This document shows positions 51,296 to 61,063 of a stretch of DNA of 64,000 bases, piece by piece; within the stretch, counting starts at the first letter, position 1, and each line of letters starts with the position of its first letter. The notes under the pieces are model-generated. The model was not told the DNA's origin. It worked only from the letters and a program-made list of their open reading frames with translations, and made no database searches. The DNA lies in assembly GCA_905233985.1 (NCBI GenBank), contig CAJOFA010000006.1:3295-67294 (forward strand), written 5' to 3'. Position numbers and translations under genes: made by a program. Origin of the DNA: an uncultured Prevotella sp. (GTDB taxonomy: Bacteria; Bacteroidota; Bacteroidia; Bacteroidales; Bacteroidaceae).

Positions 51296-52629
51296 AACAA
51301 CAGCGCTTTCTCCAGCCAATAAATCAGCATACCCGACAGGTAACCCACAAAGGCTACCCATGTTATTTTCTTCATGTACCAGCCAAAGGTGATTTTCTCC
51401 AGTCCCATGACCACCACGCCGGCGGCAGAGCCGATAATCAGCATCGAGCCGCCCACACCGGCACAGTAGGCCAGCAACTGCCAGAAAATGCCATCTACAG
51501 CCATCGCACTGGTAGCATCGGCAGCCACAGGATACATGCCCATACAGCCAGCTACCAGCGGCACATTATCGACAATAGAGCTGAGCACGCCGATAATGCC
51601 GTTGATGATGTAGTAGTTTCCTGCGAACGCCTCGTTCAGTCCCTCACCCATCATGGTCAGCACACCGATTTCCTGCAGCACGGCCACAGCCATCAGGATG
51701 CCGAGGAAGAACATAATCGTTGACAGGTCGATGCGTGACAGCAGGTCGCTCACACGCTTGGCCATCGTGTCATCCTCCGACGTGTTGTAGTGGAAAATCT
51801 CCGTCACCGTCCACAGCACGCCCAGCACCAGCAGGATGCCCATGAACGGCGGCAGGTGCGTCAGCGTCTTGAAGATGGGGACAAACACCAGTCCGCCCAC
51901 ACCGAGCCAGAAGATGACGTCACGCTGTGTCTTCGTAAACTGGCTCACGTCAGCCTTCGGCAGGTTCTGCTCCTTGTCAAATTTCCCGTGCAGCGTGTAC
52001 TGCATGATAAACACCGGAATCACCATCGACACCAGCGAAGGAATGAATATCTCCATCAACACGCCCTGCGTTGTGATGACGCCCTTGATCCATAGCATGA
52101 TGGTCGTCACGTCGCCGATGGGTGAGAAGGCGCCGCCCGAGTTGGCAGAGACAATCACCATCGCGGCATATATCATACGCTCCTCGCGGCTCTGCACCAA
52201 CTTGCGCAGCACCATGATCATCACAATCGATGTCGTCAGGTTATCGAGTATGGCGGAGAGGAAGAACGTGATGAACGCCACGCGCCAGAGCAGCTTGCGC
52301 TTCGAGCGAGTCTTGATGGTGTCACGCACAAAGTTGAAGCCACCATTGGAGTCAACAATCTCCACAATAGTCATCGCACCCATGAGGAAGAACAGCGTGC
52401 CGCCCGCATCACCCAGATGGTGCTCAATGACCTCGGCAATGTGATGAACAACATCGCCTCCAGCCACATCAGGATAGTACGCGCCGGGCCCCATCATTAG
52501 CAGCGTCCAGCATCCCGCACACATCAGCAGCGCAATGGCGGCCTTGTTAACCTTCGTGAAACTCTCCAGGGCGATACAAAGATACCCCGCCACGAAGAGC
52601 ACAACAATCAGAATCGTTAATGTTGACAT
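51292..52629 (-). CDS. nhaD: NhaD-type Na+/H+ antiporter
   Basis: LDNLTTSIV, NSGGAFSPIGDVTT, VDNVPL, GSAAGV. Confidence 0.9.
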   Translation of the reverse strand: MSTLTILIVVLFVAGYLCIALESFTKVNKAAIALLMCAGCWTLLMMGPGAYYPDVAGGDVVHHIAEVIEHHLGDAGGTLFFLMGAMTIVEIVDSNGGFNFVRDTIKTRSKRKLLWRVAFITFFLSAILDNLTTSIVMIMVLRKLVQSREERMIYAAMVIVSANSGGAFSPIGDVTTIMLWIKGVITTQGVLMEIFIPSLVSMVIPVFIMQYTLHGKFDKEQNLPKADVSQFTKTQRDVIFWLGVGGLVFVPIFKTLTHLPPFMGILLVLGVLWTVTEIFHYNTSEDDTMAKRVSDLLSRIDLSTIMFFLGILMAVAVLQEIGVLTMMGEGLNEAFAGNYYIINGIIGVLSSIVDNVPLVAGCMGMYPVAADATSAMAVDGIFWQLLAYCAGVGGSMLIIGSAAGVVVMGLEKITFGWYMKKITWVAFVGYLSGMLIYWLEKALLF

Positions 52630-52650
52630 ATCGATTTATATGTTTAGATA

Positions 52651-53712
52651 TCATTTGTTCAGTTCAAACCGGAAAGGTTTGTCAAAGTGACGACGGGAAT
52701 AGTAGGTGACGGAGGGATTCTTGAGGTCCATCACCATCGTCCATGCCGTACCGAGAAACTTTCCCGCGACTTCCGGCTGTGACACAGACTCGATGGCATC
52801 CGTCAGTTCTGCCTCAGTCATCACACCACTGGCCTTGTCGAAACGCTGGCAGAGCTGGTCGTAGCGATGGTCACCCTCCAGCAGTCCTACGTTATGCTTG
52901 GCCTTGCAAAGGTAATGGTTAGCAACAGCAGGCGCCTCGGTGACAACCATCTCGTTGTCCACATATTCCACCACGACACTCCTGCCCGAAGCATCAGCCA
53001 TCGCATAATGATGAGCTATACCGATGTCCGAGTTCATGTCAATGCCGCGCAGCAGCTCCAGCGCCTCATCTACACTGGCAGCCTTGTTCAGCAGATAACG
53101 GGCGGCTGTTGTCGTGGTAAGTGCCGGTTTGCCGGTGCGCTGGTGTGTCTCCACCTTGTCGCCGGCCACCAGGTCGGCAAGGGCAAAACCCTTCTCATTG
53201 ATGCCGTCCAAAGCACAGAACAGCCCAGCCAGTGCCATATACTGGTTCTGGAAGCCCTCGGGCTTGTAGTCGTCGCCAAAGCCAAAGAACTCCACATTGA
53301 AGGTAGTTATCGACTCGTAGCCGTTGTCGGGAATGGTGTGCATAATCACGCCCGTAGCCGATGTAAAGTCGAAGTTACGCCCCATCAGCACACCACCTTC
53401 CGGTGTGCGGACCGTCAGCGTGGAGCAGCCGAAGTCGCGCTTCTTCGCTTTGATGTCGGGCTTGTAGTATCCCTTCGTCAGGAAATCGATGATGTAATCC
53501 TTCAGCTGGTTGACATTCGCAGCACCACCACGCAGCACCAAACCGTCAAACCCGTCATCGCCCTTGTATTCTATGTAATACAGGCCGTCATCGAGCTTCT
53601 CTGCCGACATTGCTCCGCGAAGCAGCGGACCAAACTCTATCCACACGAACACCGCTGCGACCACTATCAGTCCCAGCACGCCAAACAGCGTAATCTTCAA
53701 TATCTTCTTCAT
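52651..53712 (-). CDS. Ntn-hydrolase (linear amide C-N hydrolase), N-terminal membrane anchor
   Basis: FGCST nucleophile Cys, GRNFDF, DGINEKG. Confidence 0.8.
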   Translation of the reverse strand: MKKILKITLFGVLGLIVVAAVFVWIEFGPLLRGAMSAEKLDDGLYYIEYKGDDGFDGLVLRGGAANVNQLKDYIIDFLTKGYYKPDIKAKKRDFGCSTLTVRTPEGGVLMGRNFDFTSATGVIMHTIPDNGYESITTFNVEFFGFGDDYKPEGFQNQYMALAGLFCALDGINEKGFALADLVAGDKVETHQRTGKPALTTTTAARYLLNKAASVDEALELLRGIDMNSDIGIAHHYAMADASGRSVVVEYVDNEMVVTEAPAVANHYLCKAKHNVGLLEGDHRYDQLCQRFDKASGVMTEAELTDAIESVSQPEVAGKFLGTAWTMVMDLKNPSVTYYSRRHFDKPFRFELNK

Positions 53713-53729
53713 AACTTATACGTTTTTTC

Positions 53730-53818
53730 GCCTGCAAGGCTGCGGTTTAGCGAGGACAGTGATGCTTGCATCGACTGTCAAGCGTGAGCAGGCTCGCACC
53801 GTTAACGGTGCAAAGGTA
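53730..53818 (-). promoter_or_regulatory. Promoter plus structured leader of the Ntn-hydrolase
   Basis: TACCTTTG (53811-53818), 16-bp palindrome GCACCGTTAACGGTGC, nested stems. Confidence 0.55.
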
Positions 53819-53854
53819 CAAAATAATTCACATTTCACAATTCATAATTCATAA

Positions 53855-54979
53855 TTATTTCTTTCCTATCCATGTGAGTTTCCGCCAGAGGCCCTCTAAC
53901 GGTCCACGAGGATGGCTGCTGAACCAGAAGCGTGCAAAGCTGTACTGGACAATGACCATAGCCAGACCAATGAGGACGGCGTAGGTGATACCCAGTTTAT
54001 AATAACAGCCCAGGCCGTAGCCACAGAAAATGGAACACCCGATGACGGACTGCAGCAGATAGTTGGTGAGACTCATGCGACCGAAGATGCACAGGTGATG
54101 GAGCACGCTGCGGACGCCCTTGAACGCATACCATGCCGACACCACACCCGAGACAATCATCAGGAGGATGATGAGACTGTAGATGGGGTGGAGCCACGTC
54201 TCAAGGCCGCCGAAAGTGACAAAGCTCAACGCGATGGTGAGTACTGACGATACGCCAAGGACGAGGTGCCAGACATTCAAGTTCCGTCCCTCGTCGTAGA
54301 ACAGCCGCTGGCGTCCCAACTGCATGCCGAGGATAAAGAGACAGAGCAGCTGCGTCAAGCGTCCGCTGAAGACGTTGAACCGCAGGTTCACCTCAAAGCC
54401 GTAGCGCAGGTTAGTGAGGGAATTCTCCCAGAACGTGCCGTGCTCATGTGCATTGTTGATAATCCCTGAGATCTCGTAGAAACGGGTATGGTCAATCTCA
54501 TAGCCCGTCAACAGACAGAAAAGTTCCACAGGCTGGATGGCCAGCACGCCAATGATGCACCAGACGGCCCACGACGGCAGATAGCTGATGGGGATGAGCA
54601 GCAGGCCATAACACGCATAAAGCATCAGAATGTCACCATCGTAGAAGGTCACGTTGACGACACCAAACATGAACAGCAGACACATGCGCCAGGCAAAACG
54701 CCCGGAGAAGCACCGCCCCTTCTGCTGCTGGTTATCGTTCATAATGAAGAAGCTCAGTCCGAAGAGCATGGCAAAGATGCCATACATCTTTCCAGACAAC
54801 AGCCATGCCAGGATGTCAGCTACCGTCTGGTCAGAAGGCAGCGCGTGGATAATCTGCTCCTGCGTGAAAATGTTGAAGTGCTCCACGGAGTGATACAGGA
54901 TAATGCCTGCCACAGCAATGCCCCGCAGGGCATCAGCCACGTCTATACGCGTATTGGGAAGGGAACGGGTTTTATACAT
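53855..54979 (-). CDS. DUF418 (YeiB-like) membrane protein
   Basis: RIDVADALRG, GDILMLYA, GRMSLTNYLLQS, GPLEGLWR. Confidence 0.88.
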   Translation of the reverse strand: MYKTRSLPNTRIDVADALRGIAVAGIILYHSVEHFNIFTQEQIIHALPSDQTVADILAWLLSGKMYGIFAMLFGLSFFIMNDNQQQKGRCFSGRFAWRMCLLFMFGVVNVTFYDGDILMLYACYGLLLIPISYLPSWAVWCIIGVLAIQPVELFCLLTGYEIDHTRFYEISGIINNAHEHGTFWENSLTNLRYGFEVNLRFNVFSGRLTQLLCLFILGMQLGRQRLFYDEGRNLNVWHLVLGVSSVLTIALSFVTFGGLETWLHPIYSLIILLMIVSGVVSAWYAFKGVRSVLHHLCIFGRMSLTNYLLQSVIGCSIFCGYGLGCYYKLGITYAVLIGLAMVIVQYSFARFWFSSHPRGPLEGLWRKLTWIGKK

Positions 54980-55095
54980 CGTCTGTCTATTGTTTTGTTT
55001 CTGACTGCAAAGGTATAAAAAAAACGCAGCCCGACATAATAAATTCTTTTATTTTGTTCTCACTTAACCGAATTTTTTGTACCTTTGTAGGCAGT

Positions 55096-55770
55096 ATGAA
55101 TGACAACTTAAAACAAGAGACATGGGCCGAGAACGTGATTCTCGTTGACGGCGATTACATTGACCGCGTGGCGTTCGACCTCACGGTGAACTTCGAACGC
55201 ATGCTGGAACGGCGCATCCCACCGGCAGACCTTGCCCGATGGATTGACTGCGTGGCATTGGACGGAGGACTCAGGCCCGAGGAAATCGAGATGCGAGGCA
55301 CGGCGTGCGAGGGGCGGGAGAAAACTGTCCAAGTCATTCTGCTACACTCGAAGACAAAGACAAAACTGGAGAACTTCACGCCCTCCGACTATGCCGGTGA
55401 ACTGGACGGACAGGCTTTCAGCGACAGTCTCGGCGAGTTTTTTCTGAGTGCGGTGCCTGTGGAGGAACTGACAACGATGGAAGAGCTATTTGCCGAGTCG
55501 CTGCAGCACATCTGCCAGCAGCAGACGGTGAAACGCCTGATGGTCATCAGCGATGAACGCTATATCAATCGAGTGCAAAACACCCTTCACCAGTCATCCT
55601 TCACCCATCTCCCTTCCGAAGGGGTCGGGGAAGGTCCCACACAGGTTACTGTCTTCACCATGCAACCCATACCTGGCAGTACATTCCGTCAGGAAATACT
55701 CGGTTACTCGCTCTTGGCTGCCCTCGGCATCACTGGCGAGGAAATAGAAAGACGTCAACAAAAACAATAG
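55096..55770 (+). CDS. Conserved Bacteroidales protein (PIN/NYN-like fold suspected)
   Basis: VILVDGDY..NFERMLERRIPPADL..ALDGG..EILGYSL. Confidence 0.65.
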   Translation: MNDNLKQETWAENVILVDGDYIDRVAFDLTVNFERMLERRIPPADLARWIDCVALDGGLRPEEIEMRGTACEGREKTVQVILLHSKTKTKLENFTPSDYAGELDGQAFSDSLGEFFLSAVPVEELTTMEELFAESLQHICQQQTVKRLMVISDERYINRVQNTLHQSSFTHLPSEGVGEGPTQVTVFTMQPIPGSTFRQEILGYSLLAALGITGEEIERRQQKQ

Positions 55771-55774
55771 AATT

Positions 55775-57037
55775 ATGAAACAGGGAATCATCAAAATGAC
55801 CGTATGCACACTGCTGGCAGTCTTATGCTTAGGCTTAGGCAGCTGCAAGAAACTCAAGGGTGTCATCAGCAAGGCGGTGAGCAGCCAAGAAACCGAAATG
55901 CCCACCAAGCACTTCAAGCTGGAGGGGGGATCAAAATACCAGGATTCGGAAGCCAAGTTCACGCTCGACATGGACTATCCGCAGGGCGACTCGAAAGCTG
56001 CTATCATGTTGCGCCGCTTGTTCTATGAGATGTCAATGGAAGGTCCCTGCACCGAGGACATCCAGGACGGACAGGTGATGTTTGACAAACTGTTAGCAAA
56101 ATACAAGGAGGCAAACAGCCCCGAGAACATGAAGCAGGAGCTGGAGGAAGGCATAGGCGACGGCTGGTACTACAACATCCGCTTCAAGAAGGAGTGGGAG
56201 AACGAAAACGTTATATCCTACACCTATAGCGCAGATGCTTTCAACGTGGGAAATGCTACATCCAGCGCATGGATTAAGGACATCACCTTGAGCAAGGCTG
56301 ACGGCCGTCTGCTGGGCTGGGAGATGTTCAAGTCAAAGGCTGATGTCAAGGCTGTTATTGATGATTTGCTGGTCACAAAGTACGGCCGCGAAGGGGCAGA
56401 CATGTATGACCAAGGCATTCCCATGCCCGATGCCCCGCTGTTTCTCGGCAACGGCATACGCTTTGATTATGGCGACTACAGCATCGTATCACCTCATATT
56501 TACGAAGACACTGGAGAGTATCCCTGCTGTCTGCTCACCTATGAGCCGTATCAGAATCTGCTGACCGATGAAGCACGTGAGCTGTTAGGACTGAAAAAGG
56601 GTGAAACATCTAACGCCGGTCCTACTGCGCCGTCATCCAGTAACAACGCACAACAAGATGATGCTTTCTTCATCCAACTGGTGAAGGCATGGGACAAGCT
56701 GCACAATGAGAAACGCTATGATGACTACGAGAACTGCCCATACACCGAGAACGTCAGGTTCTATGGTTCTACATTGAATGGCCACGATGCTGCACGGCAG
56801 GTACAAAGCGCTCTGCTGGACAACCCCGACTACTATCAGAACAGCGAGCAGATTCGCATCTACCGTGAGAACAGCAAGCGCGTTCGCTGTGACTTCGAGA
56901 AGCATACCACACAGAGTGGCAAGAAGAGGATGTACCCCTCGTATCTCATCTTTACAGAAGTGAACGGTGTATGGCTCATTGCGGAAGAAAGCGATGCCGT
57001 TACCGACAGCAACTTATCCAAAAGAAAGAATAACTAA
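55775..57037 (+). CDS. Two-domain lipoprotein of unknown function
   Basis: LCLGLGSC lipobox; linker; C-terminal NTF2-like segment (WLIAEESD). Confidence 0.65.
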   Translation: MKQGIIKMTVCTLLAVLCLGLGSCKKLKGVISKAVSSQETEMPTKHFKLEGGSKYQDSEAKFTLDMDYPQGDSKAAIMLRRLFYEMSMEGPCTEDIQDGQVMFDKLLAKYKEANSPENMKQELEEGIGDGWYYNIRFKKEWENENVISYTYSADAFNVGNATSSAWIKDITLSKADGRLLGWEMFKSKADVKAVIDDLLVTKYGREGADMYDQGIPMPDAPLFLGNGIRFDYGDYSIVSPHIYEDTGEYPCCLLTYEPYQNLLTDEARELLGLKKGETSNAGPTAPSSSNNAQQDDAFFIQLVKAWDKLHNEKRYDDYENCPYTENVRFYGSTLNGHDAARQVQSALLDNPDYYQNSEQIRIYRENSKRVRCDFEKHTTQSGKKRMYPSYLIFTEVNGVWLIAEESDAVTDSNLSKRKNN

Positions 57038-57057
57038 ATAAAACATAACTGATTACT

Positions 57058-58293
57058 ATGGCAAGAGTACTTATGATTGGCGCTGGTGGCGTAGCCACCG
57101 TAGCCGCACACAAGATTGCACAGAACGCCGATGTGTTCGACGAGTTTATCATTGCAAGCCGCCGCAAGGAGAAATGTAACGACATTGTCAGGGCCATCCA
57201 CGCCAAGGGGCTGACGATGGACATCAAAACCGCTCAGGTAGATGCTGACGACGTAGAACAACTGAAGGCGCTGTTCAACGAGTACAAACCTGAGCTAGTC
57301 ATCAACCTCGCCCTCCCCTATCAGGACCTCACCATCATGGATGCCTGTCTCGCCTGTGGCTGCTCCTATCTGGACACCGCCAACTACGAACCGAAAGACG
57401 AGGCACACTTCGAATACTCCTGGCAGTGGGCCTACAAGGAGCGCTTCGAACAGGCAGGCCTTACAGCTATCCTTGGCTGTGGCTTCGACCCAGGCGTCAG
57501 CGGCATCTATACGGCATACGCTGCCAAGCACCACTTCGATGAGATGACACAGCTGGACATCGTTGACTGTAATGCCGGAAACCACCACAAGGCATTTGCC
57601 ACCAACTTCAACCCAGAGATTAATATCCGCGAGATAACACAGAAAGGACTCTACTACGAGAACGGCGAGTGGAAAGAGACGGACCCGCTATCGGTTCACC
57701 AGCCCATCACCTACCCCAACATCGGCCCGCGCGAGTCATACCTCATGCATCACGAGGAGTTGGAGTCGCTGGTAAAGAACTACCCCAGCATCAAGTTGGC
57801 ACGTTTCTGGATGACCTTCGGACAGCAGTACCTCACCTACCTTGACGTCATTCAGAACATCGGCATGAGCCGCATCGACGAACTGGAGTACGAAGCACCA
57901 CTGGCAGATGGCACAGGAACCGCTAAAGTAAAAATTGTGCCCCTGCAGTTCCTGAAGGCTGTTCTGCCTAACCCGCAGGATCTCGGTGAGAATTATGACG
58001 GTGAGACCAGCATCGGTTGCCGCATCAAGGGTGTCAAGGACGGTCGCGCGCGTACCTATTATATATATAATAACTGCTCGCACCAGGCTGCCTATGAAGA
58101 GACAGGTATGCAGGGCGTCAGCTACACCACCGGTGTACCCGCCATGATTGGTGCCATGATGTTCGTCAAGGGTATCTGGCGCAAGCCCGGCGTTTTCAAC
58201 GTTGAGGAGTTTGATCCCGACCCCTTCATGGAACAGCTCAACATCCAAGGTCTCCCCTGGCACGAAATCTTCGACGGAGATTTGGAGCTGTAA
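57058..58293 (+). CDS. Saccharopine dehydrogenase family / carboxynorspermidine dehydrogenase
   Basis: IGAGGVA, YLDTANYEP, GCGFDPG, FATNFNPEINIRE. Confidence 0.9.
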   Translation: MARVLMIGAGGVATVAAHKIAQNADVFDEFIIASRRKEKCNDIVRAIHAKGLTMDIKTAQVDADDVEQLKALFNEYKPELVINLALPYQDLTIMDACLACGCSYLDTANYEPKDEAHFEYSWQWAYKERFEQAGLTAILGCGFDPGVSGIYTAYAAKHHFDEMTQLDIVDCNAGNHHKAFATNFNPEINIREITQKGLYYENGEWKETDPLSVHQPITYPNIGPRESYLMHHEELESLVKNYPSIKLARFWMTFGQQYLTYLDVIQNIGMSRIDELEYEAPLADGTGTAKVKIVPLQFLKAVLPNPQDLGENYDGETSIGCRIKGVKDGRARTYYIYNNCSHQAAYEETGMQGVSYTTGVPAMIGAMMFVKGIWRKPGVFNVEEFDPDPFMEQLNIQGLPWHEIFDGDLEL

Positions 58294-58352
58294 AAGATTC
58301 CATAGCAAGATAACCCAATAAATAGTAAATTGTTTAATTGTAAATTAGTAAT

Positions 58353-59378
58353 ATGGCAAAGAAAGAAGAAACAGTAGCAACTAACCCACAAGAGGAGAAG
58401 TTGAAAGCACTACAGGCTGCCATGTCGAAGATTGAAAAGGACTTCGGCAAAGGCAGTATCATGAAACTGGGCGACGAACAAGTGGAGAACGTCGAAGTGA
58501 TACCGACAGGCAGTATCGGTCTGAACGCTGCACTGGGCGTCGGAGGCTACCCACGCGGACGTATCATCGAGATTTACGGTCCCGAGTCATCAGGTAAGAC
58601 AACACTGGCCATCCATGCCATTGCCGAGGTACAGAAAATGGGCGGCATTGCTGCGTTCATTGACGCAGAACATGCCTTCGACCGTTTCTATGCCACCAAG
58701 CTGGGCGTGGACGTGAATAACCTCATCGTATCACAGCCCGACAACGGCGAACAGGCTCTTGAAATTGCCGACCAGCTCATCCGTTCGTCAGCCATCGACA
58801 TCATCGTCATTGACTCCGTGGCAGCGTTGACGCCAAAGAAGGAGATTGAGGGTGACATGGGTGACTCTGCCGTCGGCCTGCATGCCCGACTGATGAGTCA
58901 GGCCCTGCGAAAGCTCACTGCCACCATTGCCAAGACCAATACCACATGTATCTTTATCAACCAGCTGCGTGAGAAGATTGGCGTCATGTTCGGCAATCCT
59001 GAGACGACGACAGGTGGTAACGCCCTGAAGTTCTATGCCTCAGTACGTCTGGACATCCGTAAGTCAACAGCCATCAAGGACGGTGACAACATCCTGGGCA
59101 ACACGGTGAAGGTGAAGGTCGTCAAGAACAAGGTGGCCCCCCCCTTCCGTCGTGCCGAGTTCGAGATTCTCTTCGGCGAAGGCATCTCGAAGATTGGCGA
59201 GCTTATCGATTTGGGCGTGGAGTACGGCATCATCAAGAAGAGCGGTTCCTGGTTCAGCTATGAAGACCAGAAGCTGGCACAAGGGCGCGATGCCACAAAA
59301 GCACTGCTGGCAGATAACCCTGAGCTTTGCGAGGAACTGGAAGAGAAAATCAAACTGGCCATCTCGGACAAGCAGTAA
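58353..59378 (+). CDS. recA: Recombinase A
   Basis: [37 protein letters not shown]. Confidence 0.99.
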   Translation: MAKKEETVATNPQEEKLKALQAAMSKIEKDFGKGSIMKLGDEQVENVEVIPTGSIGLNAALGVGGYPRGRIIEIYGPESSGKTTLAIHAIAEVQKMGGIAAFIDAEHAFDRFYATKLGVDVNNLIVSQPDNGEQALEIADQLIRSSAIDIIVIDSVAALTPKKEIEGDMGDSAVGLHARLMSQALRKLTATIAKTNTTCIFINQLREKIGVMFGNPETTTGGNALKFYASVRLDIRKSTAIKDGDNILGNTVKVKVVKNKVAPPFRRAEFEILFGEGISKIGELIDLGVEYGIIKKSGSWFSYEDQKLAQGRDATKALLADNPELCEELEEKIKLAISDKQ

Positions 59379-59392
59379 GACCGTTACAAACA

Positions 59393-59475
59393 CAAGCAGC
59401 CGGTCATGTAAGACCGGCTGCTTGGCTTATGTCACAACAAAAAGAGGTACGCGCGCACGCGTACCTCTTTTTGTT
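59393..59475. terminator. Two tandem hairpins between convergent genes
   Basis: CAAGCAGCCGGTC/GACCGGCTGCTTG and AACAAAAAGAGGTACGCG/CGCGTACCTCTTTTTGTT. Confidence 0.85.
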
Positions 59476-59497
59476 ATACTGATTCTGTTTCGTTCTG

Positions 59498-60829
59498 TTA
59501 CTGAACCTTCGTACCGATGACCTTACCAGTCTTACCGAACTGAACAATCAGCAACTTGCCGTTAGAACGCTTGTAAATCCAGTCATAGCGGCCATTACTT
59601 GACGAAGCTGTGCTGTTAGGCTCACCAACAGAAAGCAGAACCTCATCCTCGGTCATACCTGGAGCAACACGTCCGGCACGGATAAGTGCACGTGTAGCCG
59701 TCGTAGTGTTACGCAGCTTACCTTCACCGATACCGAACAACGTACCGAAGTAAGCCTCCTGCTGACCGTCAATGTCACCAACAATGCTGACATGTTCAAA
59801 CGTCACGTCCTTCGTGTACTGACGGCGCGACTCAGTCTCAACAAGCTGCAGCGTGACATACTGGCTGTTGGGGATAGGATAGATGGCGTCAATCTTAAAC
59901 TCGGTCAGACGCGGCACCTGTACCTCACGCTCCTTGCCGGCACCCTTGGTAATCATGCCCGTTGCAACCTTCGTATAGACAATCTTGTTGATGTACTTTG
60001 TAATGTCTGACGAAACTTCCTCGGTTCCGCTGATCAGGTCGAACGAATTGGCAAACACATACTTGGCATTATCCATGATGAGCTCATCGTCACGCATACC
60101 GTTGTTGGTACGGCTCATGACGCAGTTCATATAGAACTCCTTACCAGTCTTCACATCCTCAACGATAATCTTCACGGGATAAGCACGGGTACCGACACCG
60201 ATAGCCGTCACCTTCACCTCAGTCTGCTTGGGAACGGTCACTTCCTCGAAGCCGTCACCGTCAGCCTGTGTGTCAATGAAGAAGGTCTTTTGCTTCGTGA
60301 ACAGCGACTGACCGAGCAGCAGCTCACGGGCCTTATCCACATCATCAAGATAGGCCAGCGTGGGAACGCCCATCTTACCATAGCAGTAATCATCGAACGA
60401 GCCATTGGGAATCTGATAATAGTATGACTTGTTATCATCCTGGCACACGAAATTAATGCGGTGATGGTTATCGGCTGTAATGGAATGGCCCTTATAAATC
60501 ATAATCTTATGACGCAGTTTGCCACTACCTACTTCTTTACCCGTTCCCGCATCGCAGAAAGTGTTGACAAGAAGGTCGTACTTTTCGGGTATTACCATAA
60601 ACCTCATGCCCTCCTGCCAGTCGCAGAGGCTGCGATACTTGAAGTTCTTACCCACGAAATCTTTGGGCTCTTCCTCAGCAGAAGGCGTTTCTTCGGTTAC
60701 TTCTGTTGCCGCATTAACAACGGTAACAGGCAGTTTCTTGACGTTCTTCGTCTTCACAATGTACGAGTCTTGAGCCATTGCCGTCAGCATTGCCAATGCC
60801 AATCCGGCCGTAAGAATCATTCTCTTCAT
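59498..60829 (-). CDS. Secreted hypothetical protein with C-terminal SmpA/BamE-like motif
   Basis: Signal peptide; GMTEDEVLLSVGEP..WIY. Confidence 0.65.
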   Translation of the reverse strand: MKRMILTAGLALAMLTAMAQDSYIVKTKNVKKLPVTVVNAATEVTEETPSAEEEPKDFVGKNFKYRSLCDWQEGMRFMVIPEKYDLLVNTFCDAGTGKEVGSGKLRHKIMIYKGHSITADNHHRINFVCQDDNKSYYYQIPNGSFDDYCYGKMGVPTLAYLDDVDKARELLLGQSLFTKQKTFFIDTQADGDGFEEVTVPKQTEVKVTAIGVGTRAYPVKIIVEDVKTGKEFYMNCVMSRTNNGMRDDELIMDNAKYVFANSFDLISGTEEVSSDITKYINKIVYTKVATGMITKGAGKEREVQVPRLTEFKIDAIYPIPNSQYVTLQLVETESRRQYTKDVTFEHVSIVGDIDGQQEAYFGTLFGIGEGKLRNTTTATRALIRAGRVAPGMTEDEVLLSVGEPNSTASSSNGRYDWIYKRSNGKLLIVQFGKTGKVIGTKVQ

Positions 60830-60926
60830 ATACTAAAAATCTAATTAGATTGTGCAAAGGTACTAATTAGATAGGAAACATGCAAATTAATTTTGCATTT
60901 TTTTATTTATAAAGACATTTTTATGC

Positions 60927-61000
60927 TGACAGAAGTACTGACAACTTGTCATTTCATGCTGTCATGCCTTCTTAAACCGAAAAGTTGGCACGCTGTTTGT
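60927..61000 (+). promoter_or_regulatory. Putative sigma-54 promoter with upstream TGACA/TGTCA sites
   Basis: TTGGCACGCTGTTTGT at 60985-61000; TGACA-ACT-TGTCA at 60939-60951. Confidence 0.6.
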
Positions 61001-61063
61001 TGAAGACTATACGGATAATGGTGTCCAAATAAGAAACATAAAAACAATAAAATAAATACAATT

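Noticed and set aside
58294-58352. Possible SOS box before recA
   Set aside because: No convincing palindrome; the sequence matches the dispersed GTAAATT motif instead.
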